The notes beneath the pieces were generated by a model, which was not told the origin of the DNA, searched no databases, and saw nothing but the letters and a program-made list of their open reading frames with translations. 64,000 nucleotides of DNA from Octopus sinensis (taxonomy: Eukaryota), in the NCBI RefSeq assembly GCF_006345805.1, contig NC_042997.1, forward strand, positions 138,074,001 through 138,138,000. Direction: 5' to 3'. This document shows, piece by piece, positions 1-12,300 of this stretch; the stretch's first letter is position 1, and every line of letters starts with the position of its first letter. Both the position numbers and the translations under genes were made by a program.

Positions 1-270
1 CGCCAGCCTCGTCTGGCACCTGTGTCGGTGGGACATAAAAAATACCATCCAAGCGTGGCCGTTCGCCAGCCTCGTCTGGCACCTGTGTCGGTGGCACATA
101 AAAAGCACCCACTGCACTCACGGAGTGGTTGGCTTTAGGAAGGGCATCCAACTGTAGAAACACCACCAGATCTGACTGGCCTGGTGCAGCCTTCAGGCTT
201 CCCAGACCCCAGTTGAACCGTCCAACCCATGCTAGCATGGAAAGCGGACGTTAAACGATGATGATGATGA
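1..270 (+). mobile_element. RTE-clade LINE 3' UTR fragment (family A), young copy
   Basis: Ends GGACGTTAAACG(ATG)n; same tail as follows RTE ORF2 C-termini at 31245-31592 and 51966-52520; CpGs retained; internal ~63 bp tandem duplication. Confidence 0.7.
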
Positions 271-744
271 CAGCCCTGTCTGCACCAATTTACAATACAT
301 GAATGATGCAAACTTCCAGTGGATTAAATACCATTTACTATAGTCAGCAATCTCAGATGACCCGAGTGACAACATTCAAAACAGTTAAGTGACTTGAACT
401 ATCAAGAATACACCAAATACTTTCTGTTGATTTGCACATAAAACCACACCTTCTGAACCATTTCATATATTTTGATGATTATGGTAGAAAGAATTCATAT
501 TGTCTTTGTTACAGCAAATTTATTAAACCATTTGGATACCACTGGCTATTGTCATTTTGCTACACATACAAGAATCAAACATAGCTGTACAAAGTATATT
601 AGAAACATCAATCATTTTTAAGTCAGGTCAATAACTAATTACTACTAAACATTTCTAATAACTCCATTTCACTATTTTAGTTCACTTAAATTAAAATATG
701 AAATAATATGTATATATACATTATATATACATACTGTAGACATA

Positions 745-964
745 CAAGGGGGTGCTGAAAAGATCCTGGCTTTAAGGGTATCGCAAAAGGCCTGATTGGA
801 GGCCCAACATTCCGAGTTCTTTTGCACAGCTTAGAAAAACATAAGGACTGCTGCAATAAGTGTGTAAATTTGAGAGGGGAATATGTTGTTGAATAGAATC
901 ATAATTAACTGATCCTCTTGTATTTTCTTTTACCCAAGGCTAGGAACTTTACAGCACCCCCTCA
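745..964 (+). mobile_element. Tc1/mariner-derived MITE (family E)
   Basis: TA flanks; ~27 bp TIRs (CAAGGGGGTGCTGAAAAGATCCTGGC / GGCTAGGAACTTTACAGCACCCCCTCA); interior resembles a mariner transposase C-terminus (..NKCV.LRGEYV); second copy at 14557. Confidence 0.75.
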
Positions 965-1014
965 TACATATATTGTGTGTGTGTGTGTGTGTGTGTGTGT
1001 GCATGCATGTGTAT

Positions 1015-1059
<45 letters not shown>

Positions 1060-1105
1060 ATATATATCCATGCTAGCATGGAAAACGGACGCTAAATGAT
1101 GATGA

Positions 1106-1139
<34 letters not shown>

Positions 1140-1154
1140 AAAAAAAGACAATAC

Positions 1155-1437
1155 CTTATTTTCACATTTTCTGAGCAGCTTTTTCTTCCCAAGATCATAT
1201 ATACGAAGATATCGGCCAGTTCCTATTAAGGCTCGGCCTTGGAATGAAGCAATGGCACCAGGAAGCTCATCGACCACAGTCTTATGTACAAACTCTAGCT
1301 TCTCTCCAGAATTCAGAAGTTTGTAACAATAGATAAAACCCCCACTGAGAGAACGTGGGTTCAGTACTAATTCCTTTGCTGTTCCTACAAGCACATGCAT
1401 GTCATCACTGGCGCATGAAAACCGCACAAGGGCAATG
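1155..1437 (-). CDS. SF3B3: SF3B3 coding exon 21
   Basis: [36 protein letters not shown]...[16 protein letters not shown]; ccctctag| ... |gtattg; 283 nt. Confidence 0.97.
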
Positions 1438-4400
1438 CTAGAGGGGGAAAGAAAAATTGAAGATTGTAAATTCCATTAGAAATAATCAGTTCAATTTATG
1501 AATAATTTATAAAGAAATTAAAATGGAAATAAAACATAAGATAAAATAGAGAAATGTAAGGAACATGTTAAACAAACCTGTGTGCAGCTTCATTCTGATC
1601 AAGAGATACTTTATCTAAAGTCTCTCCTGAAATTGGATTAATGATACGAACAACAGACGCCCACATGCCAGTACCAGCCTTGGCAGCACCAAAAGTGTTC
1701 TCAGGAAGGTCTTCTTCCAAGAAAGCATCAGCCATTTTAGCAGCTAGTTGTCGCTCGTCTTCTTGTGCAGCTTCTATCATCTCCTAAAAATTGGAAATTA
1801 TATAATGTCGTCATTTAATGTTCACTTTTCCACACTTGCATCAGTCAGAGAGAATTTGTCATGGTAAACTTTTTTACAGTTGGATGCATTTCCTGTCACC
1901 AACCCTCACCTGTTTCCAAGCAAAGTAATAATTTCCCATGGCCAGACACATTCTTCACAGAAGCATTGACATAAAAACCATGCTCATTTACAACCATCAA
2001 GGAGAAGGATGCACACGAACAAAATGGGCTTCTTTCAATTTCCGTCAACCAAATCCACTCACAAGATTTTGGTTGGCTCGGGATTATAGCAGAATACTCC
2101 CTAAGTTCCATACAGTGGGACTGAACCCAAGATCACATGGTTGGGTAGCAAGTTTCTTAATCACACAGGCACAACTGCACCAACATAAACAGAAATTATA
2201 ATCGCAAAAACATTCTTTAATCCTTTAGCATTCAGATTACTTTGTCAAATGCAATGCTTTTTTATTCATATTATTTTAAATTAATCATACATTATCTCAT
2301 GTCTTCAAGAGGTTGATGATATGATTGTTTATTTTTAGAATGACATTGTAGGATAGGTGCAAGAGAGTTGACTTGGCTGGTTTGAACATAAAACAGTTAG
2401 AATATTTGGGCCTAATAATGGCCAGTTTAAATGCTAAAGGGTTAATAACTCCTGTAACAGACTGTAATTATAATAGTATAACACTAGTTTTATTATAGCT
2501 TAGACTGTTGTACGATAGAATATAGGGCATCACCCTCAGACCATTGCCTGATTGAAATAATGGTACATTCAGCTAGATTTGTGAAATGTTTTAAACTACT
2601 ATAATTTACTATGCACAATCAAACATTGTATAACAATATATGCAGTGTGGTTCCATGTTGAATGAAACCAAAATACATCTGATGTTCTGGACTTCTAACA
2701 ACACCTAACAATGCCATCAGTTCACTTTTTCTACAAGTGAGAATTCTAATCAATCAGACCTTGTCAAATAGAACATAATAGTGATGATATTGGTGACTAT
2801 GTTGATGAGGGTGATAATGATGTCAAAAAAACTCCAAAACACAAGATCATCATCATCATCAGTTAATGCCTGATTTCCATGCTGGCATGGGTTGGATAGT
2901 TTGACAATCTGGTGAGCCACAGGCCTACATTGCACTCCATGTCAGCTGGGTACCCTTCCTAATGCCAACCACTTTATAGTATGAGTTCTTTCTTCATACC
3001 ACTAGCACTAGTGGGGGTTGCCAAGTAACTTGCTAAAAAGGAAGAATAAGTGTGGGAAGTATTTGAGAAGATAGTGAAATTTTATGTTAGGGACAAGCAG
3101 AAGTGTCTTGCAATGGAAAAAATACATGGCTACCCTGAATTTATATAGGGGTGTGTGGGAATATCTGGAAACAGGGTAAATTCATACACAACAACCCACA
3201 GGACATTTTTGATTAAGAGAAATTAACTTAACAAACCAACCTCAGCCATTTGTTGTTTGCGTTGCTGTTTTGTTGATTCAGTATAAGCATTATGGTCAGT
3301 TTCAATGATGATAAGGTTGTTGGAATCTTGATGAATGATAAATTTCCTTGGAGTGTACTGCAATGGCCATGAAACTTGATTAAAGACAGCACCTAGTTTC
3401 TCCAAAGCTAAAATCCTGAAAGAAAGTAAATCAAATACAATTTATAAGTTTTTGAACAGTGTAAAAGTCAACTCTTACTTCACATTGGAAAAATGGTTCA
3501 GAGATCTCATGTTGGCATGGATCAGATGGACTTTACAAATTACTTTTAGCTGAAAATTAGATGGTGAAATATGTTCTACACTTCTAACTCTTGACAGTTG
3601 CTCTATCATAAATTCAAAAAATTTGTGGGGACAAGAGAAAGAATTCAGTAACAAATTTTATATGAATTTGACCAAAAGCTTTCTAAATATTATTCAATAA
3701 ATAAATAAATAAGTAATAATAATAGTTTCTAAATTAGGTACATCATCATCATCACCATCACTATTTAACATTCATGTTCCATACTGGCAGGTGTTGGACG
3801 GTCTTGACAAGGATTTAATGAGTCAAAAATAAATTCCAACGTCTGCTTTCCAATAGTTTCTATTACTGGATGCCCTTCATTCCCAGTACATGAATGGTAT
3901 TCTATTTTGTTTATCACAAAAAGCTGAAAGTGGAATTTGAACTCAGAACGTGAAGAGCTAGACAGATTATCACAAGGTATTCTGTCTGAAGTTCCAACAA
4001 TTTTGTCAATTCTCTGCTCCAAAATTTCTTACATAGGCATATGGTCCAATGGTTCAGGAGTGGGAAGTAAGTCAATTAGTGACCCCAGTACATGACAGGT
4101 ACTTTATTTCATCAATTCTAGAGGGCAAAAACAAAATAATTGAACCTCAGAGTGATATGAACATAATAATATTAAAGTATAGATCCCGAAGATGAAGTAC
4201 CTAAAAGATTTTGTTGTAAAAGGATACACTGGAGTGATTTTTTTCCATTAAATTTTCCGGGAATATATAAAGTTTAAGAATATGCTTTAAGATTTCCAAT
4301 AGCAAAAAGAAGAACTATAGCATATAAAGTGTCTTTCTTGTTCAGAAACGCAATAAATATTTGCAGTAGATTCAAATTCACAACAGATTAATTCTCTTCT

Positions 4401-5887
4401 GAAAGCACATATATTTTAATTTCACTGATATGTTAACCAGTTGGGTCTGATTAACCAACTAACATTTATTTTACCTTCTTGTAAGATCCCTGACAGGAGA
4501 TCAACTCATAATACATTTTTAAGCTGTGAATATCAACTTATTTATATCATATCTGGCTTACCTGAGAGTGTTGGTTGAAATAGCTACAATACCTTCTGGA
4601 CATTGTTCAGAGGCAAATCCAGAGGCATATTCCAAGGTTTCATATGAAAGCGGTGTAAGATGGAATCGATTTTGGTAAGTGTAACTTAACCAGGACCTGC
4701 TAGACATGGCCAAAACCTGCAGGGAACAAAAAGTTGAAGAATCATTTTCAAAAAGAAATATTTGAAATTAAAGTAGATGAAGTAGCAACAATGTTGATGA
4801 ATACTTACAGCTTCTGACCCTTGCATAGTGATTCTAAATAGTTTGACAGGACGGGAACCCAAATATCTGGTTCTAGTGTCTGATAAGTCTCCAGTGACTG
4901 TGTCTAACACGGTACGCAGCAATACACCATTCTGTAAAAAAAAAAAAAGAATTTCAGGAAATGATTTTTTTTTTTGACTAAACACAAGGTCAATTCTGTA
5001 TGTTTGTTTTATGCATGTTGATGGTGATAGGTGATAAAATCAGTCTGCTTTATGAATTACTGACTCAGGAGAGATGAAAGACAATGTTGAACCCAGTTGA
5101 ATCTATAATCACAAAGTTGAAATACTTCACCAGATGGGGAAGCAAGACATCAGAAGGACAAGAATGGTGGGAGGATGGAAAAGACAGAAATACGATGCGA
5201 AAATGTTATGGGAAAAGCAGGGATATTTGGGAATGAAGTCAGCAGAGAAGTGATTGGTAATAGCAGAGGTGAATGAAGATAACAGAGGCAATCACTTCCC
5301 AGCTACATGGGCAAGTGTCTGCTACTGTAGGCCCCAGGATGATCAATCCCTTGACAGTGAATTTGATAAACATAAACTGAAAGAAGCATATCATATAAAT
5401 ACATACATTATATATATATATGAGAACAACTGCATAAAGTAGTACCAATCTCTAATTGTGGAGGAAACCTGTTGAAGGGGTACACCTAGGAAGATGGGAT
5501 GAAATATTGAGAGAGGATCTTCAGGCATTGGGCCTCACTAAGGAGATGACAAGGGACCAGGACTTCTGGCAATTTGTTGTACTTGAGAAGACATGCCAAG
5601 TTAAGTAAAATCAAGGCCATCCATACATATAGACCTGGTCATGCACTACTCCCTCAACTAGTTGAGAGGACTTTATCTTGAAGATGCTGGTGTCATGCAA
5701 AAAGCACCCAGTACACTTTGTTTATGACATTTTGTCTTGATATTACATGGTAGCTGTAAATGAGTATCACTGTCATACAAGTGGTGACCTTCACCCATCT
5801 TCTATGAAAAGATATCAAGCTATGGGGAAATATTACCTTGCTTGGAAACAGATATCCTGTACAGAAAAGTGAACATGGTGGTGATGA

Positions 5888-5975
<88 letters not shown>

Positions 5976-7392
5976 CCCAGAACTAGGAATAAAATATGTG
6001 ATACAATATAATTAAAATCACTCAAATGTCCAGAGTAAAACTAACATTATCGGAATTGCTGCTATAATAACGAATGCTTCATGAGTGAGTGAATTTCAGC
6101 AGAAAATGTATGTTCTAACCTGTAAGCCAATATTGAGGAAAAGTCCACCCTGTGATCCACCTTCTCGTGTCTCTTCAATAGTTTCTGCATTACCCATTTC
6201 TACAATACACAAGGCCTCAGGAGGAGCAGGTAAAGCTTGCATACTCAGTGGTGAAAGACAGTCCTGAAACAAAAATTAATAATACACTAACTTTGACGAT
6301 TATCAATAAATTGAATTTAAGATAAAATTAAACAGTAGCGTATATTCATCAACAAGGTAATTATTTCTTCCAACAAGGTGCATGATCAATAGCCAAGTAG
6401 TGATTAAATTAACTTCATACAATATTATCGGTACCTATCTTATTTTGGTACTAAGAAAAATGACTCACCAGGTACTCAGAGAATATGAACTTATGATAAC
6501 TAGTATGCAATAAAGCTTTCAGTTTTAATTAACATGAACAAAATCTTTAAAGAGTACACATAAATACACACCTATACATATGCCATCTGGAGACAATCAA
6601 AATATGGTTTTATTTACACTTCACCAAATTTGATTAAAAATTCAAAATACAAAAGCTAAATTAGTTTATTTTATCTTTAGTACAAGAATATAATTATTTT
6701 ATTTCTATTACCTCATTCTAAAATAAAGACAAATTAAAACTTCTTTTTTTCTCTATCTGTCTATCTATGTGTGTGTGTATGTATATATTATAGTTGTTTA
6801 GAAGCTGCAGTTTGTGCGGACTTTTAAGCTAGCTCCTGCAGAGGGCTAATCGGGCCTGCAGTCCAAAACTAAGATGAGCAATTATAACAAAGCATTTATT
6901 GATACCCTACCAATATGGTTTTACTTTAAATTCAGTTTAAACCTTTCGATACCAACCCAACCATAGCCGGCCTAAAAGTTTTTTGGTTCAAATGACCAAC
7001 CCATTGTTATTTAAATGTGAATTTGAACACAAATCTCATTAGTACATTCCTGAAAACATGTGATTTCACTTTGTAAATAGTTGAGTTATAATATCTGACA
7101 TTGTTTGACATGATATCTGAACTTGGTGAATTTTAGGAGATTTTTTTCCCACATCAATTTTTTTCAGTTTTGAAAATGGATAGGGGTTTCATGCTATCAA
7201 GCACTGATTCAGAATTTGAGGATTTTCGATGGAAGATATAGAGATTATTTACATTATTTACAATTGACGGATATTTGTCCTCATCTCGTTTGTTGTTAAC
7301 ACAACATTTCAGCTGATATACCCTCTAGCCTTCATCAAGTGTCTTAGGGAAATTTTGAACCTAGGTTCTCATTCCTAAGGTATTTTTCAATG

Positions 7393-7428
<36 letters not shown>

Positions 7429-8948
7429 TCACTGCCTGGAATTGAACTCAGAATTTTGGGGTTAGTAGCCCGCGCTCTTAACCACTACGCCATATGCCCG
7501 TGGGTATATGGCGTAGTGGTTAAGAGCATTTGCTATTACATATATATATATAGTTCAACCCATGCCATCATGGAAAATGGATGCCTTTTTAATCTGCAAT
7601 GACTTGACTCAAAGCTGACATAGTAGCTGCACGCAGGAATATTAGTTACATTTCACCTCTTGACCTGAGACAATAATTTAAGTTGTGGTATTCAAAGAGG
7701 TCAACGCTATGAATGCAGCAATAAAAAGAAACTGGAGCATGATATTGAGGACTAAGTTAGTTTACTGACATTTTTGGTAAGGTAGATTATTTGCTACAGT
7801 CCGTATGACTAAGAATATGTAAGCCATCGACTTTAGAGCAAAAAGAAAGGAACAGTCCACCATGAAATATATTAGCTATTCATCTTAACATTTACACATA
7901 AACTGATAGCTGCTATCAAGCTTGTCTATATGCAAAAGTATACTTACAGAGGGATCCAATGAAATAATACGGACTGTGTTATCAGCCAAACCAACAGCAA
8001 GGAATCGGGATCTCTGCTCCCCAGATGGAACTCGGCCAAGACCCATACACACAACATCCGCAGACATTTCTTTCTTCTCTGTATATTCATTCAACTGACC
8101 TGTCTAATAAAGGAAACAGAAAAAGGAACAAGTTAAATAAAGTTCAAGTCATTAAAAATATGGAAAAACCCATTAATCAGTCAATGTCACTGAGCAATGT
8201 ATGGACCACAGAATGTAAGGTAAAAGACTCTAAGCAGGGACACAAACTTAATAATTTGATGATAATCTTTTACTTGTTTCAGTCATTAGACTATGACTAT
8301 GTTGGGGCACTGTCTTGAGGAATTTTAGTTGAACTAATCAATCCCAGTGGAAATAACATATGGGCTACTGAAACCTCCTGGCTGAAACAGCTGTAAGAAA
8401 TTGCTCTTCTTTCTCTATTCTAGAAATTACTAATACTTTACACATGTATTCATATATTGTCTGAACTGTTTAAAATAAATTTTCTTTTAAAGTCTGGCAC
8501 TTATTCTATTAGTTTCTTTTACTGGACCGTCAATTTACATAACACACCAAACCAACAACAGTTGTCAAGCAGTGGTGGGGGTCAAACACAGACAGATATA
8601 TACATACACACACTTCTCTCTCTCTGTATGCTTGTATGGCAAGAAGAAAATGGAGGGAATCCAGAGGTAGTATTCATCAGTTGTTAGACGTTATAGTATT
8701 TCTATTTATTTATTTTAAACAGTTCAGATGATATATGAATACATGTGTAAAGTATTAGTAATTTCTAGAATAGAGAAAGAAGAGCAATTTCTTACAGCTG
8801 TTTCAGCCAAGAGGTCACAGTACCCCATATGTTATTTCCATCTTTTCAGTGTATTGTAAATCTGTAGATAAAATTAGGGTACTTGGGTGTGCCTCTAGGC
8901 TTCGTCAGAGTTTTTATAAGATAGTCCAAGAAGTTCATAGGGCTAATT

Positions 8949-8994
<46 letters not shown>

Positions 8995-9168
8995 CATACA
9001 CACACGCATGTATATACTTATAACAGAATTAGTTATTAGTAGTTGCAGTACAATATTCTTATTACAGCATGCATAAAAAGAGAAATAAAAGTATAATCAA
9101 AGAAAATAATAGAGTTTGGGAGGGTTACAGTTTTTTAGAACTGAAAATGCACATAAAAGGAGAAATAC

Positions 9169-9201
<33 letters not shown>

Positions 9202-9302
9202 AATATAGATACATATACATATATATGCATACATATACATGCACATATTTCATGTGATGGTTTGTATTGTCCTTGCATATAAATAAATTAATGTTGTATG
9301 TA

Positions 9303-9339
<37 letters not shown>

Positions 9340-12300
9340 GGTGGGCTTTTTCAGTTTCCATCTACCAAATCCATTTACAAAGCTGGTCAGCCTGAGGTTA
9401 TAGTAGAAAGCATTTGCCCGAGGTGCCATGCAGTGGAACTGAACCCAGGACCATGTGGTTGGGGAGCAAACTTCTCACTACACAGCTAAGCCTGTACCTA
9501 TGAAGAATGTATATAAAATAGTTGCCCTTCCCTAAATATGTGAGTAATACTCTAATGTGGGCATCTCTTAATAGCAACTGAATAGCTTCAAGTAATTTAC
9601 AGCCTTGAAGAGAAAAAAGTTTGGTTGTTCGAGCTCCGATAATCTCAGTAATCTTACTGAGATTATCAGAAATAAAGAGGTTTAGCATTTGCAGTGAGTT
9701 TGATGATTTTGGTTGTAGGTTGCTGTTCATAAGAGAGAATACTGAAAGACTGTTTCTTTGATATGTGTAGTGAATGTAATTAGATATTGTTGGTGGACAA
9801 AAAGTTGTCATATCTCAAAACAGGAAAATTTAAAGAGAAAACTTACTGGGTCCATCTCAAAATATACCAATTCTCCCCCAGTCAATGCAATAACAACCTG
9901 GCGCTGGTTAACAGCACATTTTACAATAGTTTTCTTGCCTGGTGTCTTCCACTCATTGACACGCTTGTCTGCTCGAATATGACGAATTCCATCAGGATAA
10001 ATCTGAAATGAGAATCAAAACAATAGCTAACAACCAGCTGACGTCAATAGACTGTGACAAAGGTTGCCTATATGCAGCACCAACGGTTGTTACACATAGA
10101 AATTATTCATTTGCAATAAATAAACAATAATTATCAAAAAAAGAAAAACACTGATTTCCAATGCCAAAAAGATTACAAAATATTCCATGTCTTACCTGTA
10201 CAAGTGCATCATCTCCTAGCTGGGAACAAGACAAAGTAGGGGTTGTACCAAGAAAACCAGAATCTGTGACTTCTTCAACTGTTTCTCCAATGGACAATAC
10301 CAGGGTAGCATTGACGAAAGATACTATGATATAAGCATCATATTCATCTGGAAGAACATAAAGCAGAAGCAAAACAATTGAAGAGTTAATACTTGATTAA
10401 AATATAAACTTTCTAAGCTTTTGATAAAACCATTTCAATGCATGGGAAAGGTAAAGGAAGACAGATTCACAACAATTTGGTTTACACACAGCATCTACAT
10501 AAACAAAGGATTAGGAAAATATGGGGATAGATATGCCAATTAATGTAATACACTTATACTGATGAAGTCAAGCAATAAAAAAAATAAGGCTACATACTTT
10601 AAAAATGCATTTGTACCTTTCTCATAGTAATAAACTAACATTCTAATTATTAAAATGTGCTAAAGTGACCATTACATTGCTCTGTATAGTATCTTTACTG
10701 TTTTGTAAATATTTTTTTGATATACATATATATAATATTTTATTATTCATCACCACTGATTTAACACTTACTTTTCCATGCTTGTTTGGAGCAGATGAGT
10801 ATATTATATAGGTTTATATTTATATATATTCATCGGCATCACCATAATTGAACATGTTTTCCATGCTAGCATGGGTTGGACAGTTTGACAGGATCTAACA
10901 AACCAGAGAAATGTATTGAGCTCCGAAGTCTGTTTTGGTATGGTTTCTACAGCCAAATGCTCTTTCTAATGCCCACCACAATATATACTGTTTCATTTAT
11001 TTCAGAAAAATGTCATTAGTAAAAGATGAGAAAATATTCATTGTCCTAAAAATGGCACAATGTAACAGTAATCTTGTTCAACTGTCAAAGCAATCGAAGA
11101 TCAACTGTCTGGAGTAGGCTAGGTGACTGGCAGTATGAACTGCAGAGTATTAACCCAGCTATCCTAGAATTCCTGAGTTGCAACAGTCAACTGGAGGAAC
11201 TGGAGTCAAGGAAGGGGTTTAATGAATGTAGCGGGGAAGTAAGAGGAAGGATAGAGAAGGGGAAACAGACTGTATTTTAAGAAACTCAACTGATATTGGC
11301 TGATAGCTTTTTATTTATTTTTTATATCATAGCATTTTTATATTAATGCTTATGGAACTTTTAAATCACTGTGTATGTGAGCATGTAGGTGTGTGTGTGT
11401 GTGTGTATTAACGATCAACTATAAGACATACACAGAAATATAACTGCACTAAATTCTATGTAGTGAGTAGCTGGAAAATATAGGAAACATTTTTTATTTA
11501 AAGATCATTGAAATTTGAATGAAAAACATTTAAAAAAGAAAAGAAAAATCAATCTACAGAATGTTTCAGACACTGATTATATTATTAACATAATGATTAT
11601 AATACTAATTCTACCAAATTAGCATGCAGAGATTTATTACCAAAGGGTAAAAACTTTAGGTAAAGATTAAACTTACACTCTTTGAGCTGAACTACTATAA
11701 ACTGATAAAGAAAAAGCTTTATTTGTATAGCTTTGCTTTAGCAATTATTATTTAACCAGTTTACAAAATAATGAAGTCTCTGAATCATAAGAAAAAGATG
11801 GCCGTTTTAATAGAAACTCAAATATATAGGGATACCAACCTGCCAGCAGCATTACCTGAGACCAATTCCACCATCTGAAAAGAGAAAGTGTAGGCTTGCT
11901 GATGGACACGGCCATTTGCATCACAAGCCTTTTTAGTTTTAAATTTGTTTCTATGCTTTTCCTTAGTAAAGTATAATCAACCCTATCCCAAATATACATA
12001 CCAATGTCAAACAAATAATCACCAAACATGTGAAGGATTTATGATCAAAAGAGAGCCAAATTGAAACTTTTAAGCAAAGCTAAACACAAAATGATAAAAT
12101 ATCAAATGCTGTATCATGCTAAGATCTTTGTAAAAGTTGAATACTGTCATTGCTGTTTAATGATGGGTCAGCCTTGATGTCGAAGACCTATCATGAAAGA
12201 CATTCCAACTGAGCATTCAGTTTTAATTATTTTTTTTTTGATTATATTATTCAACATGTCCTTCTTTCATTCAACATGATAGAGTATAATTTCAAGGAAA

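Noticed and set aside
6468-6499. Possible SF3B3 poison micro-exon (TAG|..CTG|GTGAGT on the minus strand)
   Set aside because: Lies in degraded SINE-like sequence with a weak acceptor; no conservation evidence available.
7428-7500. tRNA gene candidate
   Set aside because: A/B boxes and partial D, anticodon and T arms are present, but the acceptor stem does not pair; it is the head of a repeat, as are the other tRNA-like heads in the window.
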